Assembly (NCBI GenBank): GCA_038087875.1
Contig: CM075987.1
Location: forward strand, 23,748,001 to 23,812,000
DNA length: 64,000 nt
Source of the DNA: Malacoraja senta
Lineage: Eukaryota
Direction of reading: 5' to 3'
Of the stretch, positions 49,291 through 62,551 are shown piece by piece. The notes under the pieces were generated by a model that searched no databases, was not told where the DNA came from, and saw only the letters and a program-made list of their open reading frames with translations. Within the stretch, counting starts at the first letter, position 1; each line of letters begins with the position of its first letter. Position numbers and translations under genes: made by a program.

Positions 49291-51386
49291 AGGCCCTTCT
49301 TTAGACAGAGACTCAGGGAAGAGGGAAACTAGAGCTATGAAAAGGTACAACGCACCCTCTCTCACTGCACCCCCTTTCATCTGATAACCAGACTTTCCAC
49401 CATTGATTCCATCTACACTTCACAAAGCCTCGGGAAAAGCAGCCAACATAATCAGTCTGGAAAAGGTGTGAAGTAAGGTTCCGTTCCATAACATCACCTG
49501 TCCATGTTCTCCAGAGATGCAGCCTGACCCGCAGAGTTACTCCAGCATTTTGTGTCTCTCATCAGCGTAAAGCAACATCTGCTGTTCCTTCTTACACAAG
49601 AAACCAGGGTCGCAGTTTATGTAGAAACAAGAAACTGTAGATGCCGGTTAATACCCAAAAGGACACAAGGTGCTGGAGTAACTCAGCGAGTCAGGCAGCA
49701 CCTCTGGAGAACATGGATAGGTGACGTTTCGGGTCGAGACCCTGTAGGAGCATCTCGACCCAAAACGTTACCTGTCCATGTTCTCCAGAGATGCTGCCCG
49801 ACCTGCTGAGTTACTTTTGTCCTTTTGTCCCAGTTTAAGTGTTTGCCAGAGAACCTTGGTGAGGGAGAGGGGGTACTAATGTTGCATTTGTGTGGGGGGG
49901 GGGGGGGGGTGTTAAATGAGGATTGGGGTACATGGGCTGGTTTGGTGGAGGATCAGGGGTGTGTGGTGAGGTTTGGGACATATGAGCACTGCTGGCTTGG
50001 TGAGCATTTAAGGAGAGAGTCCATGGTGAGAATTGAGGACGTGTTTTGAGATGGAAGCAGAGAGATCGCGAAGCGGGAGAGAAGTCAAGTCAAGTTGAAT
50101 TATTTTCACATGCTGAAGTACAGTGAAATTCAAGTGTAATAAAAATCTTGCTTGCAGCAGCAGTACAGGCACAGAGACTGAGGAGAATAGAATGGTATCA
50201 GTATAAATGGGTGCTTGATGGCTGACCTAGACTCTGGAAGGGGCCTGTTTCCACATGCGGTTTGACTCCATCACTTTGTAAATGAATTTGAAGAAATATA
50301 ATGGTTGAAGACAACTGAACAATCAACTCCACATGGACCTTTGGGACCAAAGCACTTGCTCCTGTGCTTCAGTGCCCCATGTTGTTTAAGAAGGAACTGC
50401 AGATGCTGGAAAATCGAAGGTAGACAAAAATGCTGGAGAAACTCAGCGGGTGCAGCAGCATCTATGGAGCGAAGGAAATAGGCAACGTTGTGGGCCGAAA
50501 CGTCTGAAGAAGGCTTTCCTTCCCTCCATAGATGCTGTTGCACCCGCTGAGTTTCTCAGCACTTTTGTCTACCTTCAGTGCCCCATGGCAGTTAATCTGC
50601 TGTGTCTCTGTTGGGCCACACATTTAGATCCTCGGTTACATGTTTCTGGATCCTCATTTAATACTCTTCACACTGAGTTGTGCAATGACATTTGACCTCT
50701 TGGATATTACCATGCTGTTGCCAGTGAAAAGATATGCCCATAAGTTACAGGAGCGAATTAGGCCATTCGACCCATCAAGTCTACTCCGCTATACAACCAT
50801 GGCTGATCTACCTTTCCCGCTCAACATTCTCCTGCCTTCTCCAATAACACCTTTACTAATCCAGAATCTGTAATCTGCGCCAGAAAAATACCCATTGACT
50901 TGGCCTCCACAGCTGTCCGCGGCGATGAATTCCACAGATTCACCACCCTCTGACAAAATAAATTCCTCCCCACCTCCTTTCTAAAGGTGCGTCCTTTTAT
51001 TCTGAGGCTCTGGCCTCTGGTCCGAGACTCTCCCACTAGTGGAAACATCGTCTCCACAACCACTCCATCCAAGCCTTTCACTATTCGGTACGTTTCAATG
51101 AGGTTCCCCCTCTTACCCTTCTAAACTCCAGTAAGTACAGGCCCAGTGCCGTCAGGATCACCGCACATTAACCCAATCATTCCTGTTTGAGTGAGAGAGT
51201 ATTGCAAGTCATTGTCTCAGCAACCAATGCCCCCACCTCATGGGACATGGAGATTGTGTGCGCTGGACATTACTCTCTCTGCCTGGCGTCAGTCCCCCTC
51301 GGAGGGTTGTAACTAACTCTATGTTGAACAGACGGTGTCCACAGGGAGTTGCCTTCTTAGCGATATTATTTCTGCCTCTGTTTCAG

Positions 51387-51487
51387 GAATTGATCCGAGT
51401 GCATTACAATTTATTGAGAGCCATTGATCTGGCCGCGATCTCGGGAGGCAACACTCTTTGTAAAGTCTTCCTGGATTTCAAAGAACG
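51387..51487 (+). CDS. VAV2: VAV2 exon (approx. exon 9), DH domain: [33 protein letters not shown](R)
   Basis: ctctgtttcag acceptor and GTAAGA donor. 101 bp. Homologous to VAV2 [34 protein letters not shown]. Confidence 0.95.
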
Positions 51488-53329
51488 GTAAGAAATCCGC
51501 TGCTCCCCTCCGTGATTCCTACTGCCTGAGTCGCTGAGTTACCCCAGCACTTTGTATCCATCTTCGGTAAGATATACAAATCCATAATCATGGATAATCT
51601 CCGTATTTCTCTCTCATTACGTACGTACGCCCATATCTGAGTGCAACTCCGTTATTTAGTTTAGTTGAGTTTAAAGATCTCATAGAAACATATAAAATTA
51701 TAAAAGGACTGGACAAGCTAGATGCAGGAAAATTGTTCCCAATGTGGGGCGAGTCCAGAACCAGGGGCCACAGTCTTAGAATAAAGGGGAGGTCATTTAA
51801 GACTGAGGTGAAAAAAAACGTTTTCACCCAGAGAGTTGTGAATTTATGGAATTCCCTGCCACAGAGGGCAGTGGAGGCCAAATCACTGGATGATTTAAGA
51901 CAGAGTTAGATAGAGCTCTAGGGGCCAGTGGAGTCAAGGGATTTGGGGAGAAGGCAGGCACGGGTTATTGATAGGGGACGATCAGCCATGATCACAATGA
52001 ATGGCGGTGCTGGCTTGAAGGGCCGAATGGCCTCCTCCTGCACCTATTTTCTATGTTTCTTATGTTTCTATGTTTAAAGATACAGCGCGGAAACATGTCC
52101 TTCAGCCCACCGAGTCCGTGCCGACCAGCGATCCCCGTATACAAACACTATCGTACACACACTAGGGACAATTTACAATTATACCAAGCCAATTAACCTA
52201 CAAACCTGTACGTCTTTGGAGTGTGGGAGGGAAACCGGAGATCCTGGAGAAACCCGTGTACAAACTCCGTACAGACAGCACCCGTAGTCAGGATCAAGCC
52301 CGGGTATCTGGCATTGTAAGGCAGCCAGTCTAATGCTGCGCCACCGTGCCACCCCTGGATTTGGATTCTGTGACCATGTACCTCTCACTAACGCTCACTG
52401 TATGAGCGTGAGTTATCACGGGGATTGTGAGCTTCTGTGCTGTTAACGTGACTCTGCCTCTGACACTGAGTGAAAATCTATCACCACACTCTTGCAGCGA
52501 GTGAACTGCTGCCTCACAGATCCAGCAGAGATCCAGGCTCAATTCCGACCTCAGGCGCTGTCTGTGTGGAGTTTGCACGCTCTCCGTGAACATGTGGAAT
52601 TGCCCAGATGCTCTGCTTTCCTCCCGCATCACAAAGACCTGCACATCGATAAGTTCACAAGTTATAGGAGTAGTATTAGGCCATTCACCCCATCAAGTCT
52701 ACTCCGGGCATTCAATCATGGCTGATCTCTGCTTCCTGATCCCATTTTCCTGCCTTCTCCCCATTAACCTTGACTCCCATTCTAATCAAGAATTTGTCTA
52801 TCTCCGCCTTAAAAATATCCACTGACTTGGCCTCCACTGAGTTCTACAGATTAACTACCCTCTGGCTAAAGAAGTTCTTCCTCAACTCCTGTCTAAAAGT
52901 GCGCCCTCTAATTCTGAGGCTATGGCCTCTGGTCCTAGACTCTCCCACCAGTGGAAACATCCGCTCCACATCCACTTTATCTATGCCTTTCATTATTCTG
53001 TGATAGGTATATTGGACACTGTAAACTGCCCCCATTATGCAGGTGAGTGGTAGTATGGGGAGGTGAGGGGGGGGGGGGGGGGGGGGGGGAGGTAGGTGGA
53101 GACCGAAGTTGATTTATTTTAAGTATTAACTTTGGGTATGTATAGATGAACATTTCAGAAGGAACATTTCTGTGTCTTTCTGTGAATCTGTGATATATCA
53201 GTGTGTGCTTTTGTAACTCTCTGTCATTGGGACTCACTCTATTTCTGTTTATGTCACCATGTGTAACTGCACCTTCTTGTCTTTCATATTTCATGGGTTG
53301 CTATGTGTAGGGAGATACAGCGTGGAAAC

Positions 53330-54090
53330 AGGTATCTAAATGGTGGCCGATTAGGAAAAGGGGAGATGCAGCGAGACCTGGGTGTCATGGTACACCAGTC
53401 ATTGAAAGTAGGCATGCAGGTGCAGCAGGCAGTGAAGAAAGCGAATGGTATGTTAGCATTCATAGCCAAAGGATTTGAGTATAGGAGCAGGAGGTTCTAC
53501 TGCAGTTGTACAGGGTCTTGGTGAGACCACACCTGGAGTATTGCGTACAGTTTTGGTCTCCAAATCTGAGGAAGGACATTATAGCCATAGAGGGAGTGCA
53601 GAGAAGGTTCACCAGACTGATTCCTGGGATGTCAGGACTTTCATATGAAGAAAGACTGGATAGACTTGGCTTATACTCGCTAGAATTTAGGAGATTGAGA
53701 GGGATCTTATAGAAACGTACAAAATTCTTATGGGGTTGGACAGGCTAGATGCAGGAAGATTGTTCCGATGTTGGGGAAGTCCAGGACAAGGGGTCACAGC
53801 TTAAGGATAAGGGGGAAATCTTTTAAGACCGAGATGAGGAAAAACTTTTTCACGCAGAGAGTGGTGAATCTCTGGAACTCTCTGCCACAGAGGGTAGTTG
53901 AGGCCAGTTCATTGGCTATATTTAAGAGGGAGTTAGATGTGGCCCTTGTGGCTAAAGGGATCAGGGGGTATGGAGAGAAGGCAGGTACGGGATACTGAGT
54001 TGGATGATCAGCCATGATCATATTGAATGGCGGTGCAGCTCGAAGGGCCGAATGGCCTACTCCTGCACCTATTTTCTATGTTTCTATGTA
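53330..54090 (+). mobile_element. CR1/HER1 LINE 3' fragment
   Basis: Encodes [41 protein letters not shown], with a (TTTCTATG)n tail. Confidence 0.92.
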
Positions 54091-54957
54091 TGCATCTTTG
54101 GCCCACCGAGTCTGCGCCGCCCGCAATCACCCCGCACACTAACACAATCCTACACACTAGGGACAATTTATAATTTAATTTACCAAAGCCAATTAACCTA
54201 CAAACCTGTACGACTTTGGAGTGTGGGAGGAAACAGGAAGAACATACAAACTCCGGTACAGACTATACCCGTTGTCGGGATTGAACCCAGGTCTCTGTGG
54301 CGCTGCAAGGCAGCAACTCTACCACGGCACCACCTCTGTTATTTTGTTTAACTCAGTATCTGCCAGTGTGCGGGTCGATTCTCTGTCGCTCATGCATTTA
54401 ATTTTAGGCTAAATTTAGCATTCTTTAGCATTGTGAGCGTTTGCAAAGTGGACAAGTGAGAAAGGACGAACGTTTTGATGTCTTTCATTAATCATTGCAG
54501 CTCTTTCTGACGCCCGTGAAGACAGTTTCCACATATACTCAGCAGGTTGTTATTTAATATCCTGGGTTTGTTGTCTGTGAGAATCTCACGGCTAATTATC
54601 ACCCTGCAGTCTCACGCTTGCCTGCAATTAGCGAGTGCCAGGTTGGATTTAATTCCAAATGTGTGCGGGAAACCGCTTTGTGTAATTGCTGCCCTTTCTG
54701 GAATATTAATCGTCTGCCATTGTCACTGCCTTTTCAGCAAATGTTGCCAGGGACTTGGCAGTGCAATTAAGGAAGCGTCTTTCCCCTCGCCCATAGATCA
54801 CGCACAGTGATGTGCCAACCTAACTCGGAAGCGCCGATCTTGCACTGTCACCTTGGGAGAGATGTGATCATGCGATTGTCCTGGGAACTTTAATCACTTC
54901 TCTGAGAAGAACTTCACTTTTACCAAAAGCTGTGTGAATTCAGACAAGGCAGACTAA

Positions 54958-55182
54958 AGGGTCTGTCCCACTTTCACGATCTAATTCACAATCTTTTTTA
55001 CTCGTGGAAATTTTTCATCAGGCTAGAAAAACGCCCCGACCTACTTGATGCCACGAGTACCTACGACTAGCATCACGACCTACCTACGACCTACCAACGA
55101 CCTCCTACGACCTTGTGGCGACCATGCTGCGAGTATGAGTCAAGGGCAAACTCGGCAGAGGTCGGAAAGTGGGACGGGCCCT
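54958..55182. mobile_element. PIF/Harbinger-like MITE
   Basis: AGGGTCTGTCCCACTTTC..GAAAGTGGGACGGGCCCT TIRs, perfect TAA TSD, internal (ACCTACG)n repeats. Confidence 0.75.
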
Positions 55183-56089
55183 TAACACCGCCTAACCAAC
55201 TTGACTTTGCCACCCCATGGCCCTGCTTCTCTGCCGTCCTATGCCAACTCCTCACTGCATCCCTTCCTGATGAACGGGAAAAAAAATGACACCAAGGAGG
55301 GATATGTTTAAGAAGGACTGCAGATGCTGGAACAATCGAAGGTAGACAAAAATGCTGGAGAAACTCGGCGGGTGAGGCAGCATCTATGGAGCGAAGGAAT
55401 GGGTGACGTTTCAGGTCGAGACCCTTGTTTAGACTGACCTGAAGAAGTCTGAAGAAGGGTCTCGACCCGAACGTTACCCATTCCTTCACTCCATAGATGC
55501 TGCCTCACCCGCTGAGTTTCTCCAGCTTTTTTGCCTACCAAGGAGGGAAATTAACATTTTTTATACCGAGGCATTGCTCAACTGTTGAGGTCATGAATTT
55601 CTCCCATTGAAGCTGTTTGACTGGAGTGTTTTCCGTATTCCCTTTTTCATTTAGTTTCAGATTTCCAGCATCTGCAGTCATTTGGTCTTTGAGTGAAGGA
55701 ATGGTTGATGAAAAGAGGGTCTCGACCCGAAACGTCACCCATTCCTTCTCTCCAGAGATGCTGCCTGTCCCGCTGAGTTACTCCAGCATTTTGTGTCGAT
55801 CTTCGATGAAAAGGACTTGCAACAAATCATGTCAGACTTGCAGGAAACAGTGCAAGGGAGGTCAGCCAGAAGATTTTTGAATAATTAAGACATGAAGCGG
55901 AAGAAAAAACATGGTTTGAATGTTTTAGCAGCAGCTGATATGACCTAAAATTGCCAAACTAGTTCCAGGCAGTTGCGTGGGAGAGGAATGGAGCTGGTGG
56001 CCAGCAAACGCACCAAAGATGATCATTGCAATCTTAATAATCAGTTCTAGGAAGTCGCTGTTCACCCTGCACTGCATAACGGCCAAACT

Positions 56090-57200
56090 AAAGTCAAATG
56101 CCTCAAGAGTGTTTAAATATCAAATGCAAATGAAAATGGAACCATGAAAATCTAACTTGCAGCAGCATAACAGGCCTGTAAGCCCAGAGCTCAAAGATAA
56201 CATAATAAGCAAAACAAAAGATTAAAAAAAACAAAAACCCCCAATGTTATCGCAAGAAGACTGAAGTCCAAGTGCAACTAAAACAGTTCATGGTTTAGTT
56301 TTTGTGATGTTCAAGAGATGAATCTTGTTGAGAAGAAGCTGTTCTGGAACCTGATGGCCACGGTTTTCAGACTACAATGCCTTCTTCCCGATGGCAAGAG
56401 TGATATGAGAACGTGGCCAGGGTGGTGTGGATCCTTTCTTTTTGTATCAAAAATAATGTATCTAATTACTATCACGATACAAACCAAAACCGTGGTCGCA
56501 CACCCACCACCATAGTACAAAATCACCAAATTACTCAGACACTCAATTTCCAAACAACTAAGTTACAATCCTTACAAAATACCAAATATCTACTGTACAA
56601 CCACGTCTCTCTCTAACACCACCCGGGCACGGGCGGACGTAACCCCGGTAAAGGGGCGAGCATCCGGCTCGGGCAAAGCCCTCTTCCGCCTGGCGCCGTG
56701 ACTCGCGGATGGCCAGCTTGGCCAGGCCTAGGAGCAACCCAACCAGGACATCTTCGGCCCTGCACGCCCCCTACATCCCGTCACTGGTCCTTCGGTCGCT
56801 GACAGCAGAGCTGCCCCTCCCCCTCTGAACCTTAGGTGGAGTGGCGGTGCGTGGTGTGGGTCCTTGATGATGCTGGCTGCTTTTTGGAGTCACCACCTTC
56901 TCCACATCCCGTTGATGGTGGGGAGGTCTGCAGCCGTGATGGACCCTGGGTGTTTGAGTTGCCGAACCAGGCCATGATGCAACCAGTCAATATGCTCTCT
57001 ACAGTACACCCGTAGAAGTCCAAGAGAGTACTCGTCGACACCCCGAATCGCCTCAACCTTCTAAGGAAACAGGGGTGTTTCTAAGGAAACATGGCCTATT
57101 TTTATCATTGCATCAATGTGCTGGTGGACCCAGGACAGATCTTCAGAGATATGCACGGCCAGGAACTCGAAGTTGCGGACTCTCTCCACCGCTGACCTGT
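56090..57200 (-). mobile_element. Rex1/Babar-like LINE fragment interrupted by a Tx1-like LINE fragment (~56435-56830)
   Basis: Rex1 motifs RRLRRFGVS..FYGCTVESILTGCI.AWFGN and DPHHPGH..LLPSGRR..RFQNSFF. The insert reads DVLVGLLLGLAKLAIRESR, typical of the Tx1 ORF2 end. Confidence 0.75.
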
Positions 57201-58723
57201 CGAGTATTCGACCAGCGATCCCCACACACTAGCACTACCCACTAGGGACAAATTCATAATTTTACTGAAGCCAATCAACCTACAAACCTGTACGTCTTTT
57301 AGAGTTTGGGAGGAAACCAGAGCACCTGGAGAAAACCCAAGAGGTTACAGGGAAAATGTACAAATTCCATACAGACAGCACCCGTGGACAGTATCGGACC
57401 CGGGACTCTGGCGCTGTAAGGCAGTAACTCCACCGCTGTGCCACCGTGCCGCCCTCGTTACTCTCCGTGGCACAGCACACAAAGTGCTGATCCGTCGCAA
57501 CTCTCTTGGTTCTGAAGTCTGAACACTTGCTAACTTAAAAAAGCCGTCCACTCATCGCTGCCAGCGACCGTGCTGGGAAGCTGGCACACATCGACGGCAT
57601 CCCCTGCTGGCACTGCTGCAGCAATGGACCGTCCCTGGCTTGGCATGGACGGCAGGATTGGGGTGGGTTGACTCAAAGAGGGCAGCCACTCACCGCTGCG
57701 ACGTGGAGCACCATGAGGGTGGGCATGGCTGCACCTGCTCCACGTTCAGAGATTCGGAGTGGAAACAGGCCCCGATGCCCCAGCGAGTCAAAAACCAAAC
57801 CTTCACGTCTTTTGCATGTGGGAGGAAACCCGAGCACCTGGAGAAAATCCATGCGGACACGGGGAGCACGTGCAAACTCCACATAGACAGCACCCGAGGT
57901 CAGGATTGAACCTGGATCTCTGGCTCTGTGAGGCAGCAGCTGCAACACTGTGCTGATCATGTGTTGCCCGCCTGAATACAATACTCCCTCTCACCACCTC
58001 CTGTTGGTTGTGACGGAAGCCCCTGTCTCCCATGCTCTCTCCATCCCCAAATATTACTGTTTGGTTGCATCCTCAATGGGCATTGACCTTCATTGAACTT
58101 GTTACCATTGAGAAGCAGGTATTATCACAATATTTAAGAAACATTTAGACAGGTACGTGGATAAGATAGGTTTAAAGGATTACGGGCCAAACATCGGCAG
58201 GTGGGACTAGTGTAGATGGGACGTGTTGGTCGGTGCGGGCAAGTTGGGCTGAAGGGCCTGTTTCCGCGCTGTATCACTCTATGACCCGAAGTATCTGGGC
58301 TGAGGTTAGTAGTGCAGCCAAGGAGTGGCGCAGCGGTAGAGTTGCTGTCTTTCAGCGCCAGAGCCCCGGGTTCGATCCTGACTGCGGGTGCTGTCTGCAC
58401 GGAGTTTGTACGTGCTCCCCTGGCCGCGTGGATTATCTCCGGGATCTCCGGTTTCCTCCCACACTCCAAAGACGTACGGGCTTGTTGGTTAATTGACCTC
58501 GAAAAAATTGTAAATTGTTCCCAGTGTGTAGGATAGTGGTAGGTGTGCGGGGATCGCTGCTCGGCGTGGACCCGGTAGGCCGAAGGGCCTGTTTCCGCGC
58601 TGTACCTCTAAACTGAAGCAAACTAACCAAAGGAAGAGAGAGGGGGATATCTCCTCCAGCCCTGCCCCTCTGCCCCGCCACAACCTCCTCTTATCCATCC
58701 ATCATTTTTGTTTCTAATTATAG

Positions 58724-58823
58724 GCTCTTGATCTACGGCAAATACTGCAGCCAGATGGAGACTTCACAAAAGACCCTAGACCAACTGATGGCATCTCGGG
58801 AAGAAATACGGCACAAAATCGAG
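58724..58823 (+). CDS. VAV2: VAV2 exon (approx. exon 10), DH domain: [33 protein letters not shown]
   Basis: tttttgtttctaattatag acceptor and GTAAAT donor. 100 bp. Phase is consistent with the flanking exons. Homologous to [33 protein letters not shown]. Confidence 0.95.
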
Positions 58824-59403
58824 GTAAATAAGCACCCCGATAACAGTTGACAATGTGACTTATACGGAACGTAGGGGCAAAGGTTGCAGCAGGAGGGGCT
58901 GAGCGGTCATGGGTCGAACAATGCAGGATGAGGGGAATCAGTGAGGAGTGAGAGGAGGTGGTTGGTGCGAGGGGGATTGGACGGAAGCTTTGTGAGAAGC
59001 ATCGTGGAAGAATATCAGGAGGGGAAGCTGGAGATGACAGAAGTAGGGCAGGAGGATCCTTTAATGGGATGTATGCCTTGGCATCTTTCACAGGCGGCAT
59101 GGTGGCTCAGCGAGTAGAGTTGCTGCCTTACAGCTCTTGCAGCGCTGGAGACACGGGTTCGATCCCGACCACGGGTGCTGTCCGCACGGACTTTTGTACG
59201 TTCTCCCCGTGACCGCGTGGGTTTTCTCTGAGATCTTCGGTTTCCTCCCACACTCCAAAAACGTAGGTTAATTGGCTTGGTATAAGTATGTGTCGGATGG
59301 TGTTAATGTGCAGGGGATCACTGGTCTGTACGGACTCGGTGGGCCGAAGGGTTTGTTTCCGCGCTGTATCTCTATAATAATCATAATAATCATTGTTCTG
59401 TAA

Positions 59404-60161
59404 AGCCCCTGTCCCACTTAGGAGACCTAAACAGCAACTTCTGGTGACCTTGCCCGCCACCCAAGGTTTCCATGAGGTCACCGGAGGTTTTGGTCACTCT
59501 CCCTAAAGGTCGAAAGTGGTTTCCGCGTGGTCGACGCTTCATCTCGGTTGCTGCTATTTTGTCATCATGTTTAAAACCGGGCCTCAACTAAAAATAGGTT
59601 GCTGTTTTAAAAATCGATAATATTTTAGTCGCAGGTCTAGTCGAAGCTGGTTTTCTTCATAGTCGAGGAAGGTTTAAAAAAATTTAAAATAATTTTTTTA
59701 TTAGAAGCAATTGTACCAAGATAAAACATTCGGCTTTTAAAATTATACAATTATTGCACAGCTTCATTTTTAACCTTATAACCTAAACTATCAAAATGAA
59801 AAAAGAAAAGAAAAAGAAAACAAGAAAGGAAAAACATGAAAAATGAAAAGATAGATCGAAAAAGAACAAAAGAAAGACCCCTAAGCTACCAAAGTAGTGT
59901 GGCCGAAAGATATAGAAATAAGGAAAAGGAAAAAGAAAAAGAAAGGTGGAGATATACCTTGCCCCTCGTCCCCCCCCACCCACCTCACCCAACCTGGCAT
60001 CGGATTTAAATTTGTGTTGCACCAGGCTATTCTTGTGAGAATTCAACATATGCGTGGGAGGTGGTCAGAGGTTGCAGGTCACCTCGACCTTGATTTGTTT
60101 TTGGGTGGCGGGCAAGGTCACCAGAGGTTGCTGTTTAGGTCTCCTAAGTGGGACAGGGGCT
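59404..60161. mobile_element. PIF/Harbinger-like MITE with 61-bp TIRs, carrying an A-rich L1-like 3' fragment (~59675-60045)
   Basis: 59404-59464 is the reverse complement of 60101-60161 with one mismatch. Flanked by TAA/TTA. Confidence 0.8.
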
Positions 60162-60891
60162 TTATTAGGTAGCATTAGATAGATGGTGTGATTAAACCAA
60201 CAAAGTGCTCTCTGTGTCAAAGGCAGATAATGTCCAATTTGACGTTTAATGGGTGACTGACAACATGGGAGCAGGTTATAATGTAGTGTGACTCTTCCAC
60301 AAGCAATCTTGTGATGTTGAAACCATGTATCATGTACAATTCGTTTTTTTTCTGGTCCTCCTTGCCCCATATTCCTTGCAAACCCACCTCTTATGCACCC
60401 TCCACCTCTACCAACCCTCTTCTCTGATACTCACTCGTTCTCTATTGTAGTATCTCTTTTCCAACATACATGCATCTTTAGTTTGGTTTAGTTTAGTTTA
60501 GAGATAACAGCGTGGAAACAGGCACTTCGGCCCACCGAGTCCGCGCCGACCAGCGACCCCCACTCAATAACACTATCCTACCAAGCCAATTAACCTACAT
60601 ACCTGTACGTCTTTGAAGAGTTGGAGGAAACTGAAGATCTCGGAGAAAACCCACGCAGGTCGCGGGGAGAAAGTACAAACTCGGTACAGACAGCACCCGG
60701 GGTCGGACCACCAACAATCCTACAATTGTGGACCACCTACAATCCTGCTCTCTATCGCCATGCATTGGACCACAACTTTCACACCGTCATTGAGCAGTAG
60801 GATCAGCCATGGAACGTGACTCAATCCCACGGACAGTTTTCCTGAACATTACTCACTCTTGTTCCCATCTGTTTTTCTTTCCTTTGGCCAG

Positions 60892-60987
60892 GAGTGTACC
60901 CTAAAAGTCCAGGAGGGAAAGTTTAAACTGCAGGATCTGCTGGTGGTTCCGATGCAGCGCATTTTAAAGTACCATCTCCTGCTGAAG
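60892..60987 (+). CDS. VAV2: VAV2 exon (approx. exon 11), DH domain: [32 protein letters not shown]
   Basis: Long pyrimidine tract + CAG acceptor and GTGAGT donor. 96 bp. Carries the DH signature P.QR..KY.LLL. The [16 protein letters not shown] segment is VAV2-type. Confidence 0.97.
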
Positions 60988-62454
60988 GTGAGTGTCCACT
61001 GTATCGGGTCTGTTCCACGTTGGGCCGGGATTATGAATCAGACACAAAAACCATTATCAAACTCGGTGAGCTAGTACTCTGTCGCAGCTGATAGTCAATA
61101 GTGTTTTATTTGTCAGATGTGAAATTCTTTTTGCATATAACACACATGAGGGCGCCGCCATATTTGGCGCCATTGTTCAAAGTTCAAAGTCTGGTCGGCC
61201 CATCCGGCCATCTTTGTGTCCCTAGGGAGCCTCCTGCAGCCGACCTTGCAGGCGTGGAGGCATTACACTGGTTCACCCTCCTACCAAAGGAATGAATAAA
61301 GGAGGCCCCGGCTGTGGGAGGACTGCAGTGAGGGGAGGGGGAAGGATGGGGGGGGGTGGGGTGATGGGGGGAGTGGGGGAGATACTACTTGTAACTTTGC
61401 AGGCGCCCTTTATGTAGCAACTATTTGCATATCTTGGCAAGCGAAGAATTTCACTGTGACTTGTTACAAGTGACAATAGAGCATTCATTCATTCATTCGT
61501 TCACACCGGCCCTTGTTCCTCACATCCAATACCTCCAGCTCCCGTCTGACGAGCCATTCGGGCGAGTTCCCGGACCCACCGACAGGCGAGCCTTAGAATT
61601 CTCTGTAGCACTGCACACAAACTACTGATCTGTTGCCATTCTCTTGTTTCTGAGGTTTGAACACTTGCAAAACCCACCTCTGCTTTAAAATGCCATCCAC
61701 CCGTCGCTGCCAGCGACTATGCTGGGGAGCTGGCACACGTTGACGCCATCCTTGCGGGCACTCCTGCTACAATGGACCACCCCTGGCTTGGCGTGGAGGG
61801 CAAGAGTAGGGTGGGCTGACCCAAAGAAGGCTGCGATGTGGGTGGACGTTGCTGGGGACAGGCTGCACCTACTCCACGTTCAGAGATTCACCTTTGAGAC
61901 AGGCCCTTTGCCCTAGTGAGTCCATGTTGACCCATTCACACTAGATCTATGTTATCCCACTTTCACATCCACTCCCGAGACACAAAGGGCACTTTTACAG
62001 AGGCCAAGTAAACCTGCAAGCCTTCAATAGACAATAGACAATAGGTGCAGGAGTAGGCCATTTGGCCCTTCGATGTGATCATGGCTGATCATCCCCAATC
62101 AGTATTTAAGAAGGAACTGCAGATGCTGGAAAATCGAAGGTACTCAAAAATGTTGGAGATACTCAGCGGGTGCAGCAGCATCTATGGAGCGAAGGGTTTT
62201 GGCCCGAAACGTTGCCTATTTCCTTCGCTCCATAGATGCTGCTGCACCCGCTGAGTTTCTCCAGTATTTTTGTGTATCCCCAACCAGTACCCCGTTCCTG
62301 CCTTCTCCCCATATCCACTGACTCCGCTATTTTTAAGAGCCCTGTCTAGCTCTCTTTTGAAAGCATCCAGAGAACCTGCCTCCACCGCCCTCTGAGGCAG
62401 AGAATTCCACAGACCTTCACGTCTATGGCAAGTGGGAGGAAACGTGAGCAGCCG

Positions 62455-62551
62455 GAGTGTACTCTAAAAGTTCAGGAAGAGGAAGTTTAAACTGCAGGAT
62501 CTATCGGTGGTCCAGATGTGGCGCATTGTAAAGTATCATCGCTTGCTGAAG
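62455..62551 (+). pseudogene. Degenerate duplicate (pseudo-exon) of the VAV2 exon at 60892-60987
   Basis: Aligns end to end with the exon. It has a +1 insertion giving an in-frame TAA, several missense changes, no acceptor or pyrimidine tract, and a donor changed from GT to GC. The downstream intron bases are also homologous (gcgagtgtagactgcatcgg vs gtgagtgtccactgtatcgg). Confidence 0.9.

Noticed and set aside
214..55800. Recurrent ~30-bp palindromic motif could be mistaken for CRISPR repeats
   Set aside because: Dispersed, in both orientations, with conserved flanks and no spacer periodicity or cas genes. The context is eukaryotic and the motif is the Penelope terminal module.
62455..62551. 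Functional mutually exclusive alternative exon
   Set aside because: Frameshift with a stop, loss of the acceptor, and non-conservative changes in the PMQR..KYHLLL motif.
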